From Schmidtea polychroa (Eukaryota): a DNA stretch of 64,000 bases. The position numbers and the translations under genes are program-made. The notes beneath the pieces are model-generated. The model searched no databases. It worked only from the letters and a program-made list of their open reading frames with translations, and was not told where the DNA came from. The DNA lies in NCBI GenBank assembly GCA_044892525.1, contig CM097886.1:158968001-159032000 (forward strand). Reading direction: 5' to 3'. Within the stretch, counting starts at the first letter, position 1. The number at the start of each line of letters is the position of its first letter. Positions 21,492 through 35,830 of this stretch are shown here, piece after piece.

Positions 21492-21496
<5 letters not shown>
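18879..21496 (-). mobile_element. hAT-superfamily DNA transposon, about 2.6 kb
   Basis: Imperfect 12-bp TIRs TAGGGTTGTCAA / TTGGCAACCATA, subterminal GAGAACA repeats, TATATATA on both flanks (compatible with an 8-bp TSD), and an internal transposase. Confidence 0.85.
19023..20926 (-). pseudogene. hAT transposase, disrupted
   Basis: BED-like N-terminus (CTVC...H) with an in-frame TGA at codon 13; STDGS (D), SADN (D), CPSHIVHN, TRWLS, SNVERIFS (E, dimerisation domain); split across several ORFs. Confidence 0.85.

Positions 21497-21538
<42 letters not shown>
21494..21538. repeat. (TA)n microsatellite
   Basis: Uninterrupted TA run. Confidence 0.95.
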
Positions 21539-21539
<1 letters not shown>

Positions 21540-22552
21540 CTCATTAAATCGAAATTAATCCAAAATTTAATGCATAAATTCCTAAAAATGCTGAAAAAAT
21601 TAATTAAAAATAACTTATAATTGAAATGTAGTAAAGAATAATATTTAAAAGCTGAATAGTATACTCATATCTATACTGTACCTATTTTAATAGCCAACTG
21701 GGGAAGTTGAAATTATAGGATAAGTGCAAACAACGCGAGTTCAACTGTACAAGTTCAAAGGTTAGATAAGTAAAAGGGACTTACTCATTTGATTAGTTTG
21801 CGAAAAGAAGATTGAAATATTATGACGTTTAAAGAATGACTGGGGTTCTTATTGTATGGTAAAAAAATGTTTTCTATGTCTGACAATATGGAAGTGGGCT
21901 TGACAGGATAGCCAGAAAAAATGTACGTGAAAAAAATTAGAAATTATTTTTTATAATATTTTTTTAATTTAATTTAATTTAATATTTTCATTGGTTATTC
22001 CATCTTACATATTTTTCACTACTATTTTGTCCGTGACATTTTATACTAGCACATTTGATAATAATTAATGATTGATCGGGTTTTCTGTTCTACCCGAGTT
22101 CTCAAACATTGCAATGATTCAAGTAGTTGAAGAAGAAAAACTAGTGATTAGATCAAAATCTATACTGATGGTGGTAGTCGACGAACTAGACTGAGAATTG
22201 CCGAGTGCATATGAAATTTGTTAATATCATTCTCGCATTTATTGTATTCTCCTGAAACTTTAGTTTGGGTATATGCTTGGTGACATTTTATTACATGACA
22301 ACGTCAAACTATCAGTGACTCTCAATTCTCCGAATTTGTACCTATTATTATTTTTTATTTTATTTAATCTCGTTACCGTTTGAGATTGTTATCAATAGTT
22401 TGTAATTGTAACCATTCCTTTGTTGTTAATAACTGGCTGACCGTATCAATCTCAACTGAAAATTCCACACACTTTGCATGAAGAACCATATTGCTTATTT
22501 TATGCTATGCTATTTGATGAAATAAATGTTAAGCGAAGTGTTGAAAAAAGTA

Positions 22553-22846
22553 CAGTAACTATTCTCTTATCCGCCATTTTCTGAAATCCGCCAATTTATT
22601 TTTGCAAAAGTGAATATAAATAAGTGTAATTTGGTTTTATAATATATTTTATTAACTACTGTTGTTTATAATTTGTGCTATTTTTGTATTAAATATGACT
22701 TTGGATAACTGGATAATAAAGAAAGGAATTTTTACTAGATTTTTTTTATAAATTTTAATATTTTTTACTTTAAAAGCCGCCATTTTCTAAAGAAACCTTT
22801 ACTTTTTATCATAGTCCCGTTTTAGCGGATAAGAGAGTAGTTTTTG
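22553..22846. mobile_element. Tc1/pogo-type MITE, degenerate
   Basis: 22-bp imperfect TIR CAGTAACTATTCTCTTATCCGC / GCGGATAAGAGAGTAGTTTTTG; TA on the left flank only. Confidence 0.6.
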
Positions 22847-25379
22847 CATTTCATTTCACACTATTTATCAATATTTTGTTTTATATTATCAAATTTTCAT
22901 TACAGCCTTTTTTACGTGTTTGTCGTACTAAAGACTTATAAAATTCAGTTAACTTCTTTTGTTTATATTACAACTATAGGTCCAGTATAAAAATAAATAA
23001 AATAAAATTCCCAATGTAATGATAGTTTTCAATTTGATAAAATGATGATAATATGCAAAATGTGCTGCAATGTAATTTTTATAATTTTTAAAAATCTCCA
23101 TAAATACACATTTGATAGAGTTAATAAGTAATAATTGTATAACTTATGAAAAACAAGGTTGTTAATATAAACGGATTTGAATTAAAACAATGAAGTAGAC
23201 TAAAGGTAACCATAATATTTTAACAATAATAATAATTTTCCACGACAAAATATTTATCAAGGCTGTAAGAAAAATATTAAATTACTGTGTGTAATTATTG
23301 TAATGGTAATTTGAAAATTCTGTAAAAAAAATACTTCACAAATATATGCAAAAAGTAATTATTGTCTTTCATTTATTCACTATTATATTTTAGACATAAG
23401 ACATATTACAGAGTCTCAACATAATTTTTAAGAGACATCATGAAACTAATTTAATCTGAGAAGAATATTTAGAAAAATTTGATCTTTTTTGCTAGAACTA
23501 AATTAGATAACAGTTATAATTTTTATCATTTATTATAAAAAATATATATATATTATACTTAGCATTTTCATTAAGGAGAGGCGTTCGAAAAAAATTTTGA
23601 TTCACTCTTTTTTTGAAACAAATCGTTACTAAGTTTGTCTTTATTAATAACAGTTAAAAGGGAAAAATTCAGGACTTCAAGAAAGTGGATAAATGAATTA
23701 AAGTTATCTTAGGCTCTTAATTAACAAATAATTTTAATCAGTTCACTATTGAATTCTCGTGCTCTTTAAATTTAAAATATTATATAAAAATGTAAAAAAA
23801 TTAAATTGATTTAAATATTTTAAAAATTAACAATAACAATATGTTAACATGTACAATTTCATTATAACGACTATTAAAAAGAATACACAGTTCCTTTCAT
23901 TCATACTCTTGGGACAAAATAATTTCCATCATGTTGCTTCTCGTTATATTTGATTCGTTTACAAGCATCAAAGTCGGAATATTAATCTTATATTGAATTT
24001 CTACAAATTCCTATTTCTAATTTTATATCAATTATGAACTTTTCTTAACTCTCTTTCAATTAAATTTTTCTTTCACATTTATTTTCCATTCAACTTTATT
24101 TTAAAATGATTTTCATTTTATAACCTTACATTATTATAAAACTATTAATTTTCATTTTCGAATAATTCTGTAATATAATTATGAAATGTAATTATAAATA
24201 TCACTCGTTATGTAATTTAGTAATAAGTCACTAATACTCACCTTTTTGATAATACCTCTTTAAATTCTCACCAGGGCATGTATAAAATTAATGGATCTAC
24301 GTGTCACCAGTTATTCTTTGGGTTAAATTTGAATGAAAACAGGTATTATTAACGCCTTTTAGCCTTGTAATTAATTAGGGACAAAAAATAATTGAAAAAT
24401 TTACTTGATTACTTTGATAGAATATATATTTTCTTTCGTGAATTTTTAATTTCTTTTCAATATTGGAAATTTAATTCCATACTAAATTATTGAAGCGGAA
24501 CCATCGATAAGGACACAGACAACGCAAAATTTTATGCTAATATAATAAAAATCCTGGTGTCTTATGATTAAATCTTAAAATTCATTCTCAGTTTTCAAGA
24601 GTTTTAGGAATATATAAAATGAGTTAGGCTTTTTAAAAAAATAGTGAAATCACCATTAAATTTTGAGGTTCAGAAATTTTTGTAGTTATAAAATTTTTCT
24701 ATTAATTATTATGAAAAATAAATAACAAAAATTTGACAATAATTATCTTTGTTTATTTATTTCAATTCAAAGTTCTCAATGGCGCTTAGTATATCACGCG
24801 AGTTATAATTAAGATTATATATTATTTTATGTTATATTAAAAAATAAGTAAGTAATTATTTTTGTCAAAAGTGATTTATTACTCTTTCAATAACATTATT
24901 TGTGATATGATTATTCTCTTGGAATAATTAAATAATATTTAAGACGCTTTTGATGTGTAAATAATATACTTACTATTTATAAAATTATTATAAAACTCAT
25001 GATATTTAAAATGTAAATAATTTCATTTCATATTAAATGTTTAACTATGATTAAAAATTAAATTAAAATATCTAGAAATATTGTTAATGAATAAAATTAA
25101 TCAATTTACAAAAAATTTTAAAATTGTAATTATTATTAAGTAAAGGTGAATGATGATTACAGAATTTGAATATAAAATCTAATCACATTTGGAAAATGTA
25201 AAATATTGGATAAAGATAACTTTATTTGGTTCATCAGTTCTTAATTAGAAATATGTTTATAGGCAATAAATTAATTTATACTGATTTAAACCAACAATAA
25301 TTTTAGTACCATATTTTGAAATCTTTTTATTCAAAGTTAGTTTTTGACGCCAATTATTATAAATTCTGTATTTATTCTT

Positions 25380-26000
25380 GGATTATCGTCATTCAACTTA
25401 TATTTTATCCACGATTGAGCAGTAGATATTCATTGAAAATGATGCCCAGGGTATTATTTATATAGTAGTGTCAGACAACCATTTTTGAATCGACACACTA
25501 GAAACATTTTCCGTGATTCCCTCAACATTATATGCATAATTTATATCATTTTGGTCAAACTTTTCTTTAATTTTTAATATGAAAAACATTTCATCAATTA
25601 TTTGCCATCGTTCACGTTTATTTGAGAAATATAATTTTATTGTTTTTCTGCTCAATTTTGGATATTCAGTGTTCAGATGTATAAAAAAATTCTAAATGTT
25701 ATTTTTCATTATTTGCCATCGTTCACGTTTATTTGAGAAATATAATTTTTATTTGACATAAACAGCTTCCAAATAGCAAATGTAACTTTATTGTTTTTCT
25801 GCTCAATTTTGGATATTTAGTTTTTAGATGTATAAAAAATTCTAAAAGTTATTTATCATTAAATTCGTTTGTATACTTGGTCATTTCTCAAATCGACAGG
25901 ATGTTTAATTTAGAGGGGTAGTTTCATAAGGTTCATTCGCTTTGTGAAATATTGAGGTTGGTTCAACAATTTCCCTTAGAAGAAATTAAAATTATCAGTT
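25380..26000 (-). pseudogene. Degenerate pogo/Tigger-like transposase remnant containing a local tandem duplication
   Basis: Minus strand LP...P.D..NDQV motif resembles the 18.4 kb remnant; ORF 25458-25655 resembles the region before the first catalytic D. Confidence 0.3.
25598..25855. repeat. Tandem duplication of about 105 bp; second copy has an insertion of about 40 bp
   Basis: ATTATTTGCCATCGTTCACG...CTGCTCAATTTTGGATAT...TTCTAAA occurs twice. Confidence 0.85.
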
Positions 26001-27747
26001 TTTATTTTTTGTCTCGATACATCAAACTAATTATAGAAAATTTTATCACCACAGTAATTGTAATAAGGCTTTCTTGTTCTCTTTGTAAACTCAGATTAAC
26101 AGCGTTAATTGTATCGAAGAGATCACTTAAAAAGATTTATTTTCCTAAATGTTATTGTATAGAAATTCAAATATGACATTTGGTGTATATATTAAGATAA
26201 TGATTATGACTGGCTAATATATGAAGCAATTAATACATTTGCTTTTGAAAGTGAACGAATTAAAGTATAATATAACAAGTTTTTGTAAAAAATTCGCAAA
26301 ACTCAGTAAAGTTTATATCTCAAAGAATTTGCTTTAATCTAATTTACCCATTGATCATTTCTTTCAGAGTATTAGCAAATTCATTTAGAAATGAGTACTT
26401 CTCAATTTATTATACAGTGAATAATATTTTTTATTTCGGTTAAATTCAATACGAAACAAACTATTTTCCTTTTATCATACGCTCTTCATAAATAGAAACA
26501 TTGACAAAATTTTCCTATTTGAATTTGAATTTTTCAACATCTGCATTTATCAAATGCAAAACATTTGCACCATTAATTGTTTGCTGTCATTTTTCTCGAA
26601 CATCTTAGAAATGACAATAATTAAGGTTTACCAATGATGGCTTTACTTTCATCAAACAGTTTCTTTAACTCAGATTCTATATTACTAGACATCTTGTACT
26701 CTTGTAAAAGTACAAACCATTAAAGTCATACAATTACTTTCGGTGAAGTGTGAACTTTTATGGATACCATTACAATCACCAACATACATCATATCGATTT
26801 ACCTAACAATATGAATAAGTATTCTGGTATTTAATTAACTAAAAGTATTCTGGAAGTTCGTGTTCACTGAAAAGAATAAATGAATTAATGAAACAAAATC
26901 AAAAGTCTGTATCAAATCAAACTAAAGCTTCTATTATTCAATCTAAATACTTTTAAAAACTACCCAGTGAGAAATAATTATTGGAAACTATATGCATTAC
27001 AATTGATAGATTATTATTTTATATTAGTGTGAATATGTAAAGATAAGAATATAATATAAATTTTAATTTTACCTTTCTCTACACTTTAAATAGTTTCATT
27101 TTTTTAAAAATACGTAAAATTATAATTAATACATAATAAATAGTTAAACATACATGGCAATGATTTAATTATAAGATAACGCCAATCAAACATTCTTTTC
27201 ACAATTAATTTCGACAGTTTTCCTGTCATCAGGTGGGATATAATAACTCATTAAATTAAGGATTTTAAACAAATTTATTAATTATATATAAAAATTTTTT
27301 TTTTATTTTATAAGAAAAATATATTTTTTTAAAATTTAAAATTTAATTTAATAATTTAAAAAAATTTTTATTAATTATTTAATTTAATACAACAATCAAT
27401 ACATACAATATAAAAAACCTATTTAAAAACACTCAAAACACAAGTATTTACTGCATTCTGTACATTAATTTTCGGATTCAATGATTTTATCAACAACGCC
27501 TTACAAATCACACGTTCCCAATAATTATCGAAATTTTTTAATAAAATTTTAAAATCAGACATAAAAATTATTAAATNNNNNNNNNNNNNNNNNNNNNNNN
27601 NNNNNNNNNNNNNNNNNNNNNNNNNNNNNNNNNNNNNNNNNNNNNNNNNNNNNNNNNNNNNNNNNNNNNNNNNNNNNNNNNNNNNNNNNNNNNNNNNNNN
27701 NNNNNNNNNNNNNNNNNNNNNNNNNNNNNNNNNNNNNNNNNNNNNNN

Positions 27748-30700
27748 ATAGCAAAAAAATAAAAGTTTTAAACTTCACCTTCTCACCCTTCCAACTTGTT
27801 CCAATGTTGAAAAGAAAATTTTCTGTGAAATATTTTCTGAAATTTCTCGACATTTAGAGGTGGCCCAACAATCTAGAAGTTTGAAGTACAAATATTTTAA
27901 AGTGGTTTTTATACGTTTTTGCTACTTGTACTGTGTTTGACGAAATTATGAGCAGCAAAATTATCTCATTTTTATTACAACATTAACTGTAGTGAAAACA
28001 GAGACATATTTGACAATAAACACACCTAACAACCGAAGCAGTTTACTAGTTTAGTTTATCACTCGGCCTATAGTCACTAGCCAGTCAAAGTCGACAAACT
28101 CAAAAGTCGAACATTACTATCAGTCACACAGTCAGTACACATTAGGGTAAAATAACAACAGTGCATGGAACATGGAAACTGAAAACATGGTGATTGAACA
28201 CAGTTTTTAGTCGTAACTACTAATTAAGATCAGTCCGAGTTTGATAGTTAAGGTGTCGTTGGCGTAGTTGACATGGCCATCATGAGACCGAATTTGCTGC
28301 AGTCTGGAAACAGCCGGCGATGTTCGCTAACGACATGCAACATGAATTGAAGCTTTTCCTCATCCTTGGTTAGCTTTTTATTGTAGTCCTGAATGAGGGC
28401 TACCCCTCTCTCAGCTCTGTCATTCACAACAGCCAATCCTTTAACAGTTCTCAGTGCACATTGGTATGTTTCATCCTCATCCCATTCTGATGGATCTTTT
28501 GACATAAATGACGTCTGTAACTGCAGAAGACGAAACATGGTCATTGAATTGGCTGTGCAGAACTGTTCGAGACCCTTGCTGTTTGTGAAGGCTGATGTTT
28601 CCACTCTGGGACGTTTAGGTGGATGCTCAGGTGCAGCATTCTCCATGGCTGCAAGAATCAGCTTCTTGGTTTCAGCTGGAACTCTGGAGTTAAACAGAGC
28701 GAGTGTTACCAGCTCTTCTGAAATATACCACAGATGCAGTCCCAGCTTTTTGCTGGTTACAGATGAAATGTTTACATCGGGGTATTCAAGGAGCTGTCTC
28801 ATCAACAGGAAATCATTCAATGGTGCATTTATTGCCAGAGGTGCTGTTATCCATACTCTGAGATAGACAAGCACACCAAATGCAGCAACAGCAGTGATTC
28901 CCTTCAGCTCACTCTGTGTCATCTTGAATTGTGCTCTGAAAAGCCACATCTTGATACTGTACAGCACTTTAGCCAACCACCTTGCTCGATGCATTGCACC
29001 TGGAGACTGAAAGTGAATCCCCCTGGAAGGAGCCTGGCCAAGGTAAATCATAGACAGTTCCAGGAACTCCCGGTAATCATCTCGTGGCTGCTGCACTTCA
29101 AGTTGCATGCGAGCAAATTCCAATAATTCATTTCGACTATTAGCAATGAGATTGTCGATGAATGGATCCGTTTCTGCCGGCTGGTAGTTGTCACGATCTA
29201 TGAATTTCCAGTGCTCCTTGAATCTTTTGAAGATTGATATGTCAGGGCTTGATGAACCTCGTAGCATTTGGTCAAATGCTGCACCGACAATAAGTTCCAT
29301 GATGTGATGACGACAGGCCAAGTATAGGAGATCTTTGGCCAACATCTGTTGAATTAAGACACAAGCACCTTGCTTATCACCAGTGTTTGAACTTGTTGTG
29401 TCAAAACACAAAGCCACAACCTGCTTTTCGATGCCCCATTGCTTTATCTCGTTGACCACGGCAGTAGCTTGGGATTCACCAGTTCCAGATGACAGTTTTG
29501 GAACTGCAAGCAGCTGTTCACAACCAACACCTGAGATGAGAATTGGTAACCTGTCGACGTGTTCTCTAGTTGTCAAATCTTCCAATAACTTTCCATCCCA
29601 GTGGACAGTCAGATGGTTTACAGATAGAAATTCTGATTTCAGCTGTGATGCTGCAATTGTTCTAGCTTTACACCTGGCTCGGTGGATTGAGTTCCTGCTG
29701 ATGTTGAGGGAATCAACATTGTGACCAAGGCTGGATGCTGTTTCACACAACACATAAACAGTATTTCTGGAGGATGTTTGTGTTCTGTCCAGAGCTGCCA
29801 TTAGCCCAGGAGTCAATACATCAGTCTTAGCTTTTTTGGCACTGGCTTTGTGATACAGTCAGCAGGATCTGTTGATGAGGATGCAACAGGTTTATAATCA
29901 TCACACAAGACAATCTGCTCTTGGTCATGGTCACTGTCTTCACCAGATGATGATTCGAGAGTTGTCAAACAAGCACTGATATTCATTTCATCTACTGACC
30001 TTTGCCGCCGCCTTGCTTCAGCTTGTTTGCGTTCACCAGCTGCTCTAGCTTTACGTTCAGTAACTTTATCCCGGACACCAATGGATCCTGGACGCCCTTT
30101 TTCTCTCTGGCGTAACAGGAATGCCCTGTCTTCTGGGTTGCTAATGATAGTTAGTGCATCCTGATGGGCTATGTCGAACAGATCTTCAAGATGAGAAACA
30201 AATTCATGCTCCTGTTTTTTGTGAGCTTCACCAGACCTCGACTTGTGTTTTTGGAGACCCTTCCATTCATAAAAGACTGATTCAAGCTTCTGAATGCAGT
30301 GCTGTTCTGCTCTTATTGGATTGCTTGATTTTTTCCAGAACTCCATTATCACGTTGATTGTCAGTTTACTGGCTTCGCGAAGAGTCATTTTTTCTACTTT
30401 ATGTAGGTGTAGAAAGTACCCAAATGTCTGATAATACGATGGCAGCTTTGCACCAAGAATTTCAGGAACATATGATTTAATCAAGTAAACATTATCATTA
30501 GATCTTGTTTCCATTCTGTTAAATCTGAAACACAATAACATGGAGAGTGGAGACGATTAGGTTAAGCAAAACACTAGGCATAATTGAATGAACAACTGAA
30601 AAATTTTAAATTTGCTGTATAGTACAAGAGTACATTTAACATTGTAAAATGCATTCAACAACGATGTGTTTTTGCATGTAATTCAGCAAAGTAAAATACT

Positions 30701-31080
30701 GACTATTAATACATGAAGAGAACAAAGATTGCATAATTACATCTCGACTGGTGAGTAATAGCTGACTTTTTGTCTCAAAAATGAAAAACAAATATAAACA
30801 TAAACAGAAGAGAATTAGCAAAGAATGTCTAATAAATTCAATAAAATACCAATAAATAAGTAACACTTAAATAGGTTAATCATCCATACTCTCTCAGTCA
30901 CTGCTATATAACAAACCAATAACTCGCCCTGAATTACCGGCAAAAGAAACACCATGTCAAAACTTCATCACCAGTGGGCCACCTTTAAATATTGTCAAAT
31001 TGCAGAAATATTTTGCACTAATTATTTTTATAGCAATTGGAACAACTTGGAAGGGTGAGAGTTGACAGTTTTTAACTTTC
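27748..31080 (-). mobile_element. hAT (hATm-type) DNA transposon with long imperfect TIRs; outer termini hidden in N gaps
   Basis: 27761-27866 and 30976-31080 are imperfect inverted repeats (shared TCTCACCCTTCCAA, TTGTTCCAAT, GGTGGCCC); the transposase lies between them. Confidence 0.85.
28248..30514 (-). CDS. hATm-type transposase of about 750 aa, split by one frameshift at a T6 run (29832-29837)
   Basis: HWDGKLL, FDTTSSNTG, LACRHHIME, HRARW and VNDRAERGV motifs. One extra A restores ...PVPKKAKTDVLTPGL between ORFs 29813-30541 and 28248-29816. Confidence 0.85.
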
Positions 31081-31449
31081 NNNNNNNNNNNNNNNNNNNN
31101 NNNNNNNNNNNNNNNNNNNNNNNNNNNNNNNNNNNNNNNNNNNNNNNNNNNNNNNNNNNNNNNNNNNNNNNNNNNNNNNNNNNNNNNNNNNNNNNNNNNN
31201 NNNNNNNNNNNNNNNNNNNNNNNNNNNCATTTTATCTTGTATTGTTAATTGTAAAATGCTTTGTTGAATTTTATTTATCTATGTTTATTTAATATTCGTT
31301 TTGTTATTGAATTGAATGAATAAGATTTTTAATCTATTTTTCAGTAGGCTAAGCACCTACTCAAGAATATTTTTTTAACATAAGTTAAAACTTTGCAAAT
31401 TATCTGTAAAAATAATTTTTTTTTATTTTCTAAATGTCGTAGGATCGCG

Positions 31450-31613
31450 CAATGGTCTAAAACAAATAAATCTTTGTCATAACACTTAGTAATTTATTTT
31501 AAAATATATCAATGAACCATATACAAGAGAACAATGGTCTAAAACAAATAAATCTTTATTATAACACTTATTAATTTAATTTAAGATGTATCAATGAGCC
31601 ATATACAAGAGAA
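31450..31613. repeat. 82-bp tandem duplication
   Basis: CAATGGTCTAAAACAAATAAATC...ATACAAGAGAA twice. Confidence 0.9.
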
Positions 31614-32154
31614 TATAAAATTTATTTATTTATTTATTAGTTTAATGTACTACTCATTTATTATAGGGCATATCTATCATCAAGCTATTTCAATCTTAAA
31701 ACTTTAATCAAGCAAATTTGCAGATATCGAATATCTCATTAAAATTATATCTCATCTAGAATAATAATTAACTATTGTTGATAATTTTTTCGTAATAATT
31801 CTTTTGAGAAATTTTGTCAGTGATGAGTAGAAAAATATTTAACAAACGGCTTGCTTAAGGTTATCTTTTCTTCTAAGAAAGTCCACAAAACTAAAGTTAC
31901 ACATAGTAAACTTATTTTAAAAAATCCCAAATTCATAAAATAATTAACCACTTGCTTGTGCAAGCTGAACCGAGCCACCTTCAGCTCATCACTGATGTGG
32001 TGATTTCCTTCATTTCTCTGTTATGACTATATGAAAATATATTTTTATTTTTCAAATATTAATAGTTGATTTTATAGTAAAAGTTAATTTTTAAAGACAA
32101 AACACTGTTAAAGCAGCCAAGATGTAATTCCATGTTAATTTTAGAAAAAAAAAT

Positions 32155-32461
32155 ATGATTGATTCAGAAGTCTGTATTGCTGTTGATGACATGCTCAACG
32201 TTCATTCAGAGTCTTTATTTGAAAAGCATGAATGTAAAAATTCCGGCGAAAGTGTAATAGATAATCTTTTATTTGAAATCTATGACAAGTGGGCTTACAA
32301 ATGTCGTCACGATAGTAGTTGGGATAGTGATACAATTACATCAGCATCTGACGCAGTGAGTGGATTTGCGTGGCGAAGATCGATAGGAGTATCTGTAAAT
32401 GGATCAGAAAATGAACTTAAACACTATACAACAATATCAGAATCAACTTTAAATCAAAAAT
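32155..32461 (+). CDS. TBC1D30: TBC1D30 coding exon 1 (long isoform, DUF4682-like N-terminus)
   Basis: SVIDNLLFEIYD...DSSWDSDT resembles the TBC1D30 N-terminal region; phase-1 GT donor at 32462 joins the exon at 46526 in frame (LNQK-S-IEELEK). An AG acceptor just upstream suggests an earlier exon. Confidence 0.7.
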
Positions 32462-34621
32462 GTAATTTATATTTTTTAAATATAGTTTAAAATCTATAAC
32501 TAAAACTTTGGTAATTTCAACTCAAAATTAAAATAACCCTAAATAAAAGACTTCTAAAATTTCTTCACATTAAAGAACTTTAGTACAAGTTGATTTTAGA
32601 TTGTTTTCAGGTTACTATTTATGTTATTTTGAAGCTAATGTATTCTGTACTTATAAGTTCATAGTTGAAATATTCTGAACAAATTTTGTTGTAGTTATTT
32701 GTCAAAATACTTTAAATATCGCAATATCCAATTGTCCCATCCTTATATGAATCCACAGTATTTATATTTAAGTCATTAAATCATTTCTATTTATCTATAT
32801 CCATATTTTTCCAAGTTTCTGTGTGCATATGTCCCCTCGTATACACGACCTTAATTTACATCCAAATTTCACCAAATTTAGCAGGCAAACTTCTAATACA
32901 AAACCTAGGTCAACTGATAAAAAATTTCGAAATTGGATCAATATTTGTTTAAAAGAATTCGCAATTTCTGATAAATCAGGTTTATGGACACCAAGTGGGC
33001 ACAACGAAATAAATGTATGATGTGTATTAAATATTCGTGTCGTAATCGCCTTTAAATCGGAGTTAATTGGACAAAATTGAAATCGAACATAATGCTGCTG
33101 CCATTCATAAATACGAGGTCATCTTTAATCTTTAAAAGCAGGTTATCGTTATGTGCATCCATTTAAAAATCAAAAGTTCCAGTTTTTCAACTAAAGGTTT
33201 AACCAAAAGGTTGTGCAGTATTTAACGTATTTATTTAATAAAGAGTTTAAAGCCCCGACTTATTTTTGTTATGGTGGGTTCGTTTTAGGATCGAGAACTG
33301 TTTAAAAACCCATTTTTTGTTTCTGGATTTTATTTAATTTCGAAATAAAGTGGAAACCTTCAATGGTCCAAGCGCAAACGAATCTTGATAGAAATTTGAC
33401 TAGAAACTCAATACAAATTCAAAAATAAATTTGAGAAAACTAAAGTTCCTAAAATTAATTACGAACTAAATTTCAATTGATAGACATCTTGAGCAAATCA
33501 GCGCAGACGGAAAGGCGCATTCCAATTGATTTTTTTGTAAATAAGGTATTTACTCAGGTTTCAAACTACTATCGAATCTTTAATAAATGTGGAAAACTCT
33601 TTCCAATCATTAGAATCCCAGTAATGTTTTCCTTTGCACTACATGAAATGAATTTAATCAATTTTGTAAATAAAGTATCCATAAAATGACAGTTTGCGCA
33701 TTCCGAGTTTTGCAGAGAAACGTAATATTATTGAGTAGTTAATTCAAACTACTCTGTGTGTATGTGTGCGCACAATGATTTTACACACGCTTAGTATTTT
33801 GATGTTTGTAATTGTGATTGTTTTTTACTTTTCTGGAGTTAATAGAAATTAGAAAGTATCAACAACAAGGATTAAATAGTTAAATACATGGCAGCGATTT
33901 AATTTTAAGCGCAACTCAAGCATTTGTTTTACAATATATTTCGACATTTTCCCTGTTATCATCAGGTAGAATACAATCTGATAGTCATACCCGATGATGA
34001 CAGGAAAACAGTTGAAATATATCGTAAAATAAATATTTAATTGGTGCTTTCTTAAAAGAAGAATTAAATGAGAAATTTTATTCGTGACAATGTAAAAATA
34101 AAAATCATTAACTAAATGTTTTCTTATCTCGAGAAAATGAATGGTGGGCAAGATATTGTTTAACATAATAGACAATGTTCGTTTTACCATCGATTTCATT
34201 ATAATATAATTACTATAAAATGTTATTCATTTCATTTATTCATTGGAAAGCTTTCAATGGTATATGGTTTTTGAGGGATCATTTATTTACATAATTGATT
34301 TATTTTTGATCTTTATGGTAATGGTACAGAATATCAAAAGATATTTTGTTCAGAAATTCACCATTATAGCAGTTTCAATACATTCAAATTCCCGTTTGAT
34401 ATACTCTAGTTTTGTCACAATTGGATTTAGCATCACACAAACCTTCGATAAATACATCGTTATTATCGTTTTCTATTTCCAATAATCTTTGTCTTCATTT
34501 CTAAAATTTGATCAGGTTTCATTCATGTCCATTCACTGTCAACAAAATAACTTCATCGAAAATTAAGTACATGATTATCCATATTATTTCTTTCAATAAA
34601 TATTTTTATATATCTGATACC

Positions 34622-34987
34622 CAGTGGCGTAGCGAGGGGGGGCGAGAGGTGACAGTTGCCCCGGGCGCCAAAATTTTTGGGGCACCGGATTGAACGCAAT
34701 ATATATAAAATATATAAATATAGCCAAGCATTGAAAATTTTTTAAAATAAACGATGAAAAAGGGATTTTATTTTTCTGTTTTCCAGTTTTTTTCTAGTTT
34801 TGTTATATTTTTATATTTTATATTTTATATTTTTTTTAAATATTATTTTAGAATTTATTAATATGCATTTTATATTTGACGTTTTTACATATGTATATTT
34901 TAATATCACAAAAAATGTTTTATAGTAAGTCCAGGGCGCCAAAAATATCCCTGCCCCCGAGCGCCAAGTACTCTAGCTACGCCACTG
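34622..34987. mobile_element. Non-autonomous hAT MITE (366 bp)
   Basis: Perfect 12-bp TIR CAGTGGCGTAGC/GCTACGCCACTG and perfect 8-bp TSD CTGATACC (34614-34621 and 34988-34995). Confidence 0.93.
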
Positions 34988-35830
34988 CTGATACCTCTCA
35001 AATAGTTCAAAACACAAATTATAAAGAATTATATTTATTTCAAAATTTAAACTTTACTCACAACTTCAACTTCCCATTACACATTTAAAATAAAACATTC
35101 ATAAATAAAAAAAAATCAATTCAACTCACAAAAATAACCAATTTTAAAAAATTGCTAATCCAAAAATTTATTTATTTTTCAGTCACGATTGACCGCATAA
35201 TTTATTTACTATTATTCTATCCACAGGGATTATGCTAAAAATATAGTTTTTAAAAGCCATTTTTTAAAGATTTCAATAAATCACTAAATATAAAAATAGC
35301 CATTGTCTGTTTTTGAAGTATTTTGTAAGCGAATAAGAAATATTAATAAAATTACAGATTTTATAGTTTAAAAAAATTAATTTCGATAGATTTTTGTTGA
35401 TTGATATTATTACTAAATTTCTGAAATATTGTCATTACTAGATATGAATAAATCAGTATATTTGGTTAAAAAATTATTAAATNNNNNNNNNNNNNNNNNN
35501 NNNNNNNNNNNNNNNNNNNNNNNNNNNNNNNNNNNNNNNNNNNNNNNNNNNNNNNNNNNNNNNNNNNNNNNNNNNNNNNNNNNNNNNNNNNNNNNNNNNN
35601 NNNNNNNNNNNNNNNNNNNNNNNNNNNNNNNNNNNGTTTGATAATTTCTTATTTCACCTACGTTATTTATTTCAATTTTGTCACGCACATATCAATAAAA
35701 TGACAATTTATCTGTGATAAACTACACAACTCAGGAAAGCTAATTTAATATTATGATCCATTACGCATTCGCAGTAAATCACTTACTACGAAAATTTTGC
35801 AATATTTTACTTCGTTATTAGATGAAACTA

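Noticed and set aside
28393-30357. Plus-strand ORFs inside the hATm element
   Set aside because: Antisense shadows favoured by the high GC content.
32780-33200. ORF 32795-33004 with a PDLSEIAN segment resembling Tc1 SPDLNPIE
   Set aside because: A single weak motif with no other transposase hallmarks.
27130-33970. Shared repeat of about 100 bp at 27130-27250 and 33880-33970
   Set aside because: Real similarity, but no assignable family or structure; likely an old TE fragment.
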